This document shows, piece by piece, positions 53,301 through 64,000 of a stretch of DNA of 64,000 nucleotides (within the stretch, counting starts at the first letter, position 1; each line of letters begins with the position of its first letter). The DNA comes from Intoshia linei (lineage: Eukaryota > Animalia > Orthonectida). Below the pieces are notes generated by a model that did no database searches, was not told the DNA's origin, and saw only the letters and a list, made by a program, of their open reading frames with translations. The position numbers and the translations under genes were made by a program. The stretch lies in NCBI GenBank assembly GCA_001642005.1, contig LWCA01000009.1, positions 31,278 through 95,277 on the forward strand. Reading direction: 5' to 3'.

Positions 53301-56300
53301 TTACATGGCGTCAAAATGGAAAACATTTGCTCGGTTAAGCATATCTTGTTTGTCTTGTCTCTAAAATAACATGTATACAACTATATCAAGGCACTATTAT
53401 CAAAATTACCTTTTCAAGTAAATATAACATTGAAGCTACAATGCCGAAAATAGTGAATATCACGGAAAATAGAATTGCAGTGTAATAGAATTCGCTACTT
53501 GTTTTCAAAAATAAGCGAAATTTCCATCTAATCATAAATTAAAATAAGAATCAAATGCAGTAGTCGTTATATCTTAATAGTCCCCCTAATAAAATAATTT
53601 TTTTAAAAAAAATAATGGTAGATTATGGTGTTACTCTCCACGTATTTATTGAACATTAATAATTCTCTGATTTTGTTTATCTGAATCAGGTACAGAGATA
53701 AAATTATAAAAAACTTTAATTCATCTATGAATCGTTTCATTTGGAATTTTTTTAAGTACGTTTTCTTATCTCTAACGTCACTTTCTCTGATCTGTAAACA
53801 GCATAATTCTCGTTTTTATAATTTTTATTCTCAATTCGTGTTGTTAATTATCAAATAGTAGTTTTTTACGTATATAGAAATTAGAAATGGAGTTATTTAC
53901 TTGGAATATGTGATTTATTTTTTATTTTGACATTCATTTGAGCGATGTATTGTTAGAGCGGCATAATCATAGATTTTGCTAATTAATCATATTATTGATT
54001 TTTTCACTTAAATTTAAAAGATTTTAAAGATAATTTTTTGACCAAAATTTTGGTTTATCAGGGAATATTGTTAACATTTTAAGGGATCTTCAAAATCGTT
54101 AAAAATTGGGTAAAAAAAATTGTTTCCTTAAAAATCCTTCAAAAATTTTGGTCGAAAAATTATAAAAATCTTTAAAGCTTGGTTTAAAAAAATCCCTTAA
54201 AACCCCTACAAAATACATTTTTTTTTCTCAAACGTCACTTTCTCTGATCTGTAAAAAGCATAATTTTCGTTTTATAATTTTTATTCTCAATTGGCGTTGT
54301 TTAATTATCAAAGGCTTTTTACATGTTGTTAGTGTTTTACATGTATAGGACTTAGAAATGGGTTGTTTACATGGAATGTGTGATTTATTTTTTATTTTTA
54401 GTTAATAAATTTTGAATTAAAATTAATAATATTAATTAATAATAATAAATAAAATTAATTAATATTAAATTGAATACAAAATAAAAAAATTATATTTACA
54501 GTTTGCAAATCACAAAAATGATAAATTAAGTTTACTTAATTGGTAAAATTCGAATGGCATGTTTATTCCAACGGTTAGTGTAATTATATACATATTGTTA
54601 AATTTTAAATCGAACATATAAAATAATAAAAGATTCATGAAAAAATTTAATTCCTAGAAACCATAATTCTCTAAAATATTTTTAAATGATTAAATTCAAA
54701 CAATAATTTAACACATATTTCCCACTTGAAACACATGATAAATACAAATGTAATATAAATTTTGAAATAAAAATTACAGTTCTGGTTTCATTCTGGGATT
54801 AATAATGACAATATTTTTAGAATTTGGTATAATTTGCACTCTTTCTCGTTTAACATAATTATTTGAAATTCTACACAGACCTACAACAATTTTATCAACA
54901 AAATTTGGTGACGGTCCAAGTCCAAACGCAGTGTATTTAATGGAAAGAGTTGAATGTCCAGTTTTCGATAATTGAGTAGCTAAAATATGATTATTAATAA
55001 AATACTCCAAAAAATGTAAAAATTAAATCTATTACTATAAAACTATACCTTTACCACCTCTTTGATAATCATACAAATTTTGAAGACTATATGTAATTGT
55101 TACTCCAGGTGCAACAGGTGGAAACATTTTCTAAAATTAATTAAAAACTAAAAAAATAATGAAATTTAAATTACCGAATGATGTTTATCGTTTTCAGTAA
55201 AAAATGCTAAAATAAAAATAAATAAAATTTTCAGTAAAATAAGAAAGAGTAATAAAACACCTTTAATATGTATAAAAGTTCCATCCGGTTGTCTATTAAA
55301 TTCATATACGACCGATTTGTATAAATGATTTTCACTATTTTGGTAGGAAACTATAACGTCAAGATTTCCATCCTCTTGCGAATCTATAAATGCAGCTCTC
55401 ACAATGTTTAAATCATCCAAATTTTGCAAGTTATACTTTGCGTCGTGTTCGAATATGGCTCTATCAGTGCGCTTTACATCTTTTTTAAGATTATATCCCA
55501 GTTTGTTAGAAAACAAAGCCACACTAATATAAATCTTACATTGTATTAAATCAGGTGGCAACCAGTGGCCCATATAATAATTTAAATTTTTTATCTTTTA
55601 AACACCGTTTTAAACATTTTCTAATATAATTGGCTCATTACAATCATTTTAATAATGAATATTCAGTTAACCCTGGATTCTATTTTGTTGAATATACTAG
55701 AACCGTTTATGTTCAGTTAGAATAGAAATGTATCATGTGTAAATTTTCAAAAACGGATTTTCAAATTTATTTATTGGTGTAAAAAAGTGGCCCACGAGAT
55801 GCAAAAGGTTGGCGACCCCTGAATTAAATTATAAATACTGCATCTCTTTATTTTCAGTTTCCACTACCGTTAAAAAATCAATGAATCCATCCAAATTGTA
55901 ATCTGCAAATCTCAAAACTTCAATTCCTCCTTCTTTTGCAAATAACGCCCTTTCTTTGTTAATGTTAACTTCAATTTTTTGGTCTGACCACTAATTAAAA
56001 TAAAAAATTAAATTAAAATAATTAATAATTCGGGTTCGCCTACATATTTCATATGTATTTCTGAATGTTTGAAGGTTCTAGAGGTTACTAGCAATCAAGT
56101 CAATATGACAAATTTTATGCGAACCCTGCATTATACAGTCAACCTCAAAATTGACCACTTTTCAGAAATATTGCCACTATTGAAATGTTAAAATTAACAA
56201 ATCAGAAACTATCATAGAAAAGTCGTCAAAATTTAAAGCGTCGACTGTAGTATTATTAGTATATGAAAATAGTATATACCGTTTTATCTTCAAAATTGAA

Positions 56301-59300
56301 AATGCTTATATAATTTTCATTATTAAATATATATCCACAAATTATATCAATTTGAGAATTGGAATCTAAAAAGAATGGCATAATTCACTGTAAATAATAT
56401 TTTTGTTAATAGACTACAACAGCCTGGTTCAAAATGCGATCGCGACACATTTTTAATGTCCAACTATTAAATTAATCAAAATTATAAAGATATAGAAAAA
56501 AGTGATAAAAACGTTTAGAAATTTTAAATCTATAAAAAACTTTTATGAAATATTAATTTTTCTGTTAACCCAAAAGTAACCATGGTAATTTCAGTGAAAA
56601 AGAATAATGTATATATACATTATATATTATACAGCACACTCTCGAAAAGTGACCACTTGCCCAAAAAAGTGGTCACTTTTTCCAATAAATTTAAAATCAT
56701 TGCATTATTTTAGTTACATGATATTTAAACAAATTATTTATTATTTTAACAATAAAAAAAATGTTAATGCAATTAACAAAGGCAAAAAACAACAGCTTAT
56801 TAATACATCGATTAAGATTATTAATTACGTTGACCATTAGTAATAGAATTGAGAATATATTAAATATACACTGAAAATATATTAAAAATATTACAAGAAA
56901 TTTCTAAGCTAATCATGTACATTAATTTATTTTTCTATTATACAAAAATATTTTAAAATGGTTTCATTTAAAACCCTTGATGACTATCATTTTGCTTTCC
57001 AATAAGTATAAATTTAATTTAAATTTATTAAATGTGTAGCCATTGATACGTTCCAATTTATATTTTTGGAGTCACTTTTTCGAAAAGAAATTTATTTATC
57101 CTAACTTATATAATATGCTAAGCGATTTTTGTTTGTGTGTGTGTTACGCTTTATTTTAATAACTACCAGTCTTAGAATTTTATAAAGTTCACATTTCAAT
57201 TACAGTTTTTTCGGAGGGTGTGCGCAAACATAATTTCAACCTCCCAATTTCACATCTTACGGGTCAAAAACCCTAGTTGTCCCTCTTTTTGAAAATCAAA
57301 CGAGTTGGAGAATTTAAAAAAATATATACGCTGATACAGATTTTAAAATCATAAACATTAACATACATTTAAATTTAAAAAAATTAAATCTTCAGGGCCA
57401 AAACTACAAATTACCCTTCTTTTTTTAATGAAAACAGCCCTACAATTTTAATCCGAATAAGTGACAACTTCACGGTCAAAAAAGCATTTTAGTATTCATA
57501 TTTTTTTTTCCCGAAAAATTTTATTAAAACAAAAAATGTGAAATAATTGACGGTCCAAAAATTAAAAAAAAGATTATTCTGATAGACCTTATTCCAATTG
57601 ATATAAATACAAAATTTCAATCCCAGAAGTCTACGCATTCCCGGTGAAAAATAATTTTTAATATAATTTTCAAATATTTCGATTAAAATAAAAATTGAAA
57701 TATTGTTACTACAATTTCAAAAAAAATGTGCATTGTAGATCTACAGTGTAGACTCTACACATTTCCAATAAAGAAATATAAAATATAAATGGGTGAAAAT
57801 CTATATAATTCATTCCTTCGGAATTTTTTTCATTGCTACGCAATTTTTAAATTTCAAATTTTTATTTTCAAAATATTTTGAATACAAATTTAAATAAAAA
57901 CTAAACAACGAAACTAAAACAACTTTGTTAATATCATTTTTATATTTATTACAATCCTTTGCAATACATATTGGTAACTGGTATATAAACACCTGTATTG
58001 GTAAAATTCGACTGAAATTGTTGGGGTGGGTAAAATGGTATTAGTATCGTTTTGTTATGGCCTATTTAAAAGTGGTCACTTTTTGAGCGTCTACTGTACT
58101 ATTTATTGTTAAATTACTTGTATCAACATAAGAAAAATCACATTTACAATTTTTACATTTTGGGGGATACAGTCCTTTAAATACTTCATCAGTATATTCA
58201 TCCTAAAATTTTGTAAAAATACAATAAAAATGTTAACCTTAAAAGAATAAACGGTAAATCCAGCTTTAGTAGTGAAAATCAAATCTAGATAAAATTTGAT
58301 AACCATAACATAAATCTAAAATAATATGAATCATACCCGCACAAAAATGTATTTTTGAATCAACATCAGCAAATCCATGCGAATGTCGTAAAGATGGAAC
58401 CAAATCTGTACGCTTAATAAACAATCTACATTTACATAAAAATCAAAGTTATTAAACGGATACCCTTCAGACCACAAAATGGAGTAATTTCCTTTATTAA
58501 GTAATAAATGTAATTTATATTTGGCTAAATAACTAAAAAACTATATTGAATGAAAAATAAAAATTACTCAAAGACAAAAGGTTCATCGTGTATATCCAGA
58601 ATAGTATGATTAATTTGAAAATCATTATCAGCATTTCCCATGTAAACGTAAAAATTATTCAGATTTTCATTTTTAAAGGTGCATATTATATCAAGATAAA
58701 AATCTGTATTTAAATCAATAGCAATGATTCCAATCACTTTTTCTTGGTGTGGTAATTCTATTTTTGTATAAAATTCAAATACGGTATTAACATTATCGTC
58801 GTTATTTTGAGTATAAATTGATATTGTGTTATCTAAATTAAACAATAAAAAAAATGTAAAATTAAATTTTTTTTTAATTATTTTTTTAAAACTTGACATT
58901 TTCACCCAAATTGTAAAATAAAATAGTTTAAATGGTAAATTTAGTCACATACATGTAGTAACATGAAAATACCGAATTGGAGCCTACTATATTTGTGAAT
59001 ATTGCTTCATTTTGAAAGCATTGTCAGGTGAATATTATCGGTATACATATTATACTATTAGTAATACTGTCCCAATTGACCCACAATGACCATACAATTA
59101 AAAAACATCCAGTCCCCACAATTCCATCAATGAGTGACACATCAAAAATTACTATAAGGGTTGTACAAAACCAAATCTTCCATATTGTCAAGATTGAAGT
59201 CTCCATATGCCATTATTATTCCATCCATATTTTCGTAGAGTTTGTTGAAACTATTGATTTTTTTAACTTGTGACAAAACTGCAGAAAATTTTATAAACAA

Positions 59301-59324
59301 AAAATAAAGAAATAAAAGATTCAT
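53301..59324 (-). CDS. ITFG1: T-cell immunomodulatory protein / LINKIN (integrin alpha FG-GAP repeat-containing 1)
   Basis: Signal peptide, AYGDFNLDNMEDL, ADYNLDGFIDFL, DSQEDGNLDVIV, FGLGPSPNFVD, IIPNS, TM exon 53527-53410, terminal FHFDAM*. Confidence 0.95.
53774..54399. repeat. ~160-bp direct repeats (53774-53929, 54231-54399) bracketing an imperfect hairpin, in an ITFG1 intron
   Basis: AACGTCACTTTCTCTGATCTGTAAA..TGTGATTTATTTTTTATTTT present twice; internal inverted arms ~54014-54051 and ~54142-54176. Confidence 0.7.
56136..56247. mobile_element. Short pogo/Tigger-type MITE
   Basis: TA|CAGTCAACCTC ... GCGTCGACTG|TA. Confidence 0.45.
56632..58096. mobile_element. Non-autonomous pogo/Tigger-type element carrying a nested Helitron-like insertion
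   Basis: TIRs CAGCACACTCTCGAAAAGTGACCACT / CAGTAGACGCTCAAAAAGTGACCACT (22/26) with TA on both sides. Confidence 0.7.
57099..57450 (+). mobile_element. Helitron-like non-autonomous repeat (TC start, (TG)n)
   Basis: A|TCCTAACTTATATAATATGCT..(TG)n TTAC; close copy at 62845-63135; 3' end not defined. Confidence 0.6.
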
Positions 59325-59970
59325 TTTTATATTTTTATAAACATCTATTTACAAACTAAAGCTATAAAAAAATAAATTTAAATTCAACTATCAATGTAAT
59401 GTTGGTAACACATGTGTAAATAAAAGTTCGTATGAAAATTTTAGTTCTTATTTTCATCAATTTTCCCCATCTTGTCAATTATACATTTGACATGGTTAGA
59501 ATAAGTAAATGATGGTTTTATCGTCAAAATAATGTGTAAATGACATTTCTATCATTTTTCAGTGTTTCCCATCTGATTTGGTCAAAATAATATATAATAA
59601 ACTTATATACATGTATATTTAAAATTATTATTTTATTTCGAAAGCTTCACAGTTACAGGACGACAATAGTTATGAAATAAACGATAACACAAAAAAAGAG
59701 TTTTATAAATTAAAGTTTAATTTAATAGCTATTTACATGTCTTGTGCATAATTTTCACTTTACAATACGACTTTGGCAGAATGCATTATATCATGCATGC
59801 TTGATATTTGAGCCTTGGTCATAGAAAGCAAATTGATGTTCTCATAAGAACTAATGAAACAAAAGAATTCTTCTCGCTAAATTGTAAACAATCTTTATTA
59901 TTATCTCTAACTTTATGAACAATATAAATTGTAGTTTATTAAAAATACACAATATTAATTTATTTTCGAT

Positions 59971-60815
59971 ATGACTTCTAGAATAAGAATGAACCGTCGG
60001 GACCCACCTCCAGATGGATGGGAACTTATTGAACCCACATTAGATGAATTTAACAGAAAAATGAGAGAAGGTAAACTAAAATAATCTATATAAACAAATT
60101 ACATTTATAAGCTGTTTATATTTCCCATTTTAATAGCTGAAGAGGAACCTCATGAAGGGAAAAGAAAAACAGAGTCTATTTGGCCAATTTTTCGTATTCA
60201 CCACCAACGATCTAGGTACATCTATGACTTGTTTTACAAAAGAAAAGCTATTAGTAAAGGTAAACTTTTATATCTATTTATTGTAGCTTCATTATTCAGA
60301 GTTGTACGATTTTTGCATTAACCTCAAATTGGCTGATAAAAATTTAATAGCAAAATGGAAAAAACCTGGATTTGAAAATTTGTGCTGTTTGTCCTGCATT
60401 CAGAAAAGAGATACCAATTTTATGACTAATTGTATCTGTCGTGTACCAAAGATCAAACTGGAAGAAGTAATAATAATCTAGAATCATATATACACTATTA
60501 CGTTCTAATGAAATAATATTGTATGGTTTGTTAAATTTTAAAAGTTTACCATCATCTGGGGTTGAAAAATTTTCTGGTTTCGCAACCAAAAATTGACTAA
60601 AAATAAAAGGTTTATTATAATTTATAATACATGTATTCCCTGTTTATAAAATAAACTGGAAAAAAACTTATCAAATAGTATTTACGTGCCAATAAAGTAT
60701 TTAACTTGTATATTATTGTTGATCTACTCCTTTTAAAATTATAATTTAATCTTACTACTTTTAGGGTAAAATCGTGGAATGTGTGCACTGCGGATGTCGT
60801 GGGTGTTCAGGATAA
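59971..60815 (+). CDS. BUD31: Protein BUD31 homolog (G10, spliceosome)
   Basis: [78 protein letters not shown]. Confidence 0.97.
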
Positions 60816-61248
60816 TAATGTTATTGTAAATAAACTGTATAATTTCTATCACGTTTAAATTTTTAAATTTACAGATGTAGTTTCAGAGACGTTTTTTAAA
60901 AGTTGTTCATGTTCGGATTAAATTTAGTGAAAGGCTGTTACAGTAGGACTCTTATTGATGAAATTTTAAAGATTATCAAATTTCGAACCGTATTGAATAA
61001 ACTTTTATAAACGGAGTTAGTACTCCATATCGCGTCAAATCAATTTTTAGTAGCGTGTTTCTAAAACATAATTTTAGATCGGATCGTGTTGCAGAATTCT
61101 AATATGCAGTGCACCAATATTTGTATCCAGTTAAATAATTTCCATAACTAAAGTATTTCTAAATATAAAGTTTTAATCAATTATACTTACATAAAGTGTA
61201 TGGCGCTTTTTTGAAAATTTTTTTTAATTTCATGAATGAATTAATTTA

Positions 61249-62834
61249 ATGAGTTATTCTGATATTTCAGGTAATTTAAATAATTAATCTTGTATTGTCT
61301 GATATTACAGTATATTTTAGTTATTATTAATTTCAGAGTTATCTGTTCGAATGTATAACTAAATCTGTTTATCATCCAATGCGCACAGCAATTTTATTGC
61401 GCCCATCGAAAAATTGAAAACGAGCTAAATACAATTTTACATGGGGTCATTAACATGATTTTTTTTTATATATCAACAACAATTCTATACCTTAAATTTT
61501 CAGCCTTTCTTTGCAAAATCTTATACATTGGAATAGATTATCAGTACGCGAGAGATCAATTGAAATTACGAGTCGTATCAATATCAATTATTTTAAACGC
61601 ATCTCAAAATTTATGTTTTTTTAAATTTTTGGGTTGATTTTATTTTTAAAAAAAAATTTCAGTACTGTTTCTCATATATTGTGCAAAGTTATTGAAAAAT
61701 TTTTATACAAATCTATCGTGCATAATAGAAAATGCAGCTATTTTAATGTGGTGATTTATTGGTTTTATAGTAACTCATAGATAAGTGCTTATTTAATAAT
61801 TTATTTCTAAAATTGTGAATTTTTAAACAATTTCAATATATTTAATACTCATTCGATTCTGTTTATCTTAAAAATTACAATGAATCGATAACAAAACTAA
61901 AAAATTAACTTTTTACATAACATTTAGTTGAAATATTAATTAAAATTTTAAAATTAGTTGACCGTTCATTTCGCTACTATCGAATTCTGGGATTTTCAAA
62001 AACGCAAGCGTATATTAACATGTTTTATAATACATAGTATATATAACATGTAACAAGTCTTTGTATTGTGGCAATTGTTTTTCCCCAATTCTATTACAAT
62101 ATTAAAAATTAAATAGAGTTTTTACTAAAATTGTATATTCTATACATATGTTCGTAGCCGTATTTTATGATATTGTATATTCTTTTATTTGTCACTACCA
62201 AAGTGTTTATGTCATTAATTGGTAAATCAATTTAGATTTTTCAAATTCTGTCAAGACTCCATCGGAATATGAAACTGGTATAATTTAATTGAAATATTAT
62301 AGTTGGTATTATTACTTTTGTATATTTTGGGAGTTCACACCGTAGAAAATGAGGACCCCTGTAATAATTAATCCATTATAATGGAATTTAATATGTTGGC
62401 ATTATTAATTATCATTGTAATAAATGTTTATAATTTTAATGAATATAACAATTTTGTTAATTACAATACAATGTATTACTTTTATTCTTTGATGCATTTT
62501 TAAGACACAAAAAATTAGATCACATAGTCAGATTCAAGTTTTTATTATCGAAGCCTTTATTCTGAACTGCTTTTCAGGTATATAAAGTGTATTTTTCTTA
62601 AAATTTACCAGTTACAATTGGCCTACACCACTCGGCTTTTTTGAATTACATATTATTTTATATTTTGACCAGGAAATTACAGACAGAGATGTATGTACCG
62701 GTTTTTCCACAGATGATGTAATATTTTTATTATATAATTTTTAATATAGATGATTGTTCAAATGTATCAAAACCCGATGAAACTACTGAAAGTTTTTTAA
62801 CTTTGAATAGCAATATTGATTTAGATGTTGATTT
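61249..62834 (+). CDS. Possible 5' exons of a hypothetical gene, unresolved
   Basis: ATG exon MSYSDIS|GT and AG/GT-bounded open segments at ~62236-62277, 62532-62577, 62750-62834; no family recognised. Confidence 0.25.
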
Positions 62835-62844
62835 GTAAAGTTTA

Positions 62845-63135
62845 TCCTTACTTATATAATATGCTTTGCCATATTGGTTTGTGTGTGTGTGTTACCGTTT
62901 ATTTTAATAACTACCAGTCTTAGAATTTTATAAAGTCTACATTTCAATTACAGTTTTTTTCGGGGGTGTTAGTAAAATAAATTTCAATCTCCATAACTTA
63001 TATCTTAGAGGTCAAAAAGCCGAATTATCTTTTTTTTTGAAAATCAAACGAGTTCGAGAATTTAAAAAAATGTATCTTCAGGACCAAAACCACAAATTAC
63101 CCTTTTTTTAAATGAAAACAGCCCTAGAATTTAAA
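62845..63135 (+). mobile_element. Helitron-like non-autonomous repeat copy
   Basis: High similarity to 57099-57450, e.g. TTTATTTTAATAACTACCAGTCTTAGAATTTTATAAAGT and TTTTTGAAAATCAAACGAGTT. Confidence 0.6.
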
Positions 63136-63165
63136 AAAATTTACAGGTGGTACAGTTTTATCCTG

Positions 63166-64000
63166 TTAACCTGTTAGTGCTCGCGCTTTTTTATAACGTA
63201 AACGCTCGCAGACGCCAAAGAATGGTCGATTTTTATGAATGAAAAATGTGATACGAAGCAATAAAACATTTTGTTATACGATTTAATTATTTTAATAGGC
63301 GTAGTTTTCAGAACATTTTTTACAAATATGCTGATTGAAACGCATACTTGAAGTGTTCTTTTAGCATTGTAATTACATAAATAAAATCTTCGCCTTTTTT
63401 GAACAGGTAACAATTCTAAAAATTATATTAATTTTCAATAATTCAGAGATTGAGATCAAAGTATTACATAAAGCTGCCAGAAGTACGTTTTTTTGTAAAA
63501 ATACGTTTTAGGCAGCACTGATAAGAACGTACTAAAAATTTAAGTTTATTATAATAAACTTTAATAATTTTTAAAATGTAATACGCTAGGGTATACGATT
63601 AATTCAAATAATGTGAAATCATTTACAACTCAAATAATAAAATATTTAAATTGAATTTTAATTTACAATTGTATTTTATGTAGTTTAAAACTAAAAACTT
63701 GTAAAATTCTAATTTAACATTATAATTCTGTAACTAAGTAATATGAGTACGTTTTTAATCTGTCAGCTTTATATTACATGATTATGGCATAAAGATTTTC
63801 CAAGTTCTCTCAAATACATCCGCCTAGGAACATGTTCATTTCCAGAAGAATATACTATATAATTAATCACTGTAAGAATGTAAAGAATTCCTTGAAATAA
63901 ATTGTTATGGCATCTTCTACTTTTCCTTTTCACGTATTTATAACAAAAATAGTCAAGTGTATCAACACCACCCTTGGTTTCATTATAAAACAAAATAATA
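63166..64000 (-). mobile_element. Degraded piggyBac element (transposase 3' part and one end), truncated by the window edge
   Basis: YNETKGGVDTLD..KRKSRR, RRMYLRELGKSL, decayed Cys-rich tail KRRRFYLC..C, terminus TTAA-CCTGTT. Confidence 0.8.

Noticed and set aside
54540-54780. ITFG1 apparently lacking TM and tail
   Set aside because: The TM exon (53527-53410) and FHFDAM exon (53360-53301) were found beyond a 1.25-kb intron
1-64000. Prokaryotic systems (CRISPR arrays, operons, defence islands), rRNA or tRNA genes
   Set aside because: The sequence is intron-containing animal DNA; no regularly spaced repeat-spacer array, rRNA or cloverleaf was recognised

Overview
Very AT-rich, gene-dense eukaryotic (animal) DNA with GT-AG mini-introns (many 33-45 bp) plus a few 1-3 kb introns full of DNA-transposon debris. 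The style fits a compact, fast-evolving invertebrate or parasite genome such as an orthonectid (inference only). Genes reconstructed by hand: ANKRD60-like, a small Cys/His protein, the 3' exons of an integrin alpha, two tandem M13 neprilysins, ICT1/MRPL58, POLE, a lesion-carrying CDIPT, partial MTERF4, EFCAB9, ZSWIM2, a secreted GH65 (PGGHG-like) protein, a Cys-loop anion channel, POP7/RPP20, two or three hypothetical genes, ITFG1 and BUD31. Mobile DNA includes hATm, Tc1, pogo-type, piggyBac, hAT-Charlie MITE and Helitron-like relics. The top finding is nearly invisible to the ORF track: at 44934-50575 a signal-peptide exon is followed by about 11 tiny (3-27 nt), 3n-length, phase-1 exons and a long terminal exon. 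This is the architecture of schistosome micro-exon genes (MEGs). Other oddities: ICT1 with GGS instead of GGQ, a GH65 lacking two of three key acids, an integrin alpha tail with GFFKR changed to NYFRR and no N-terminus in view, and compensated frameshifts plus a GA donor in CDIPT. All family assignments are from recalled motifs, not database searches.
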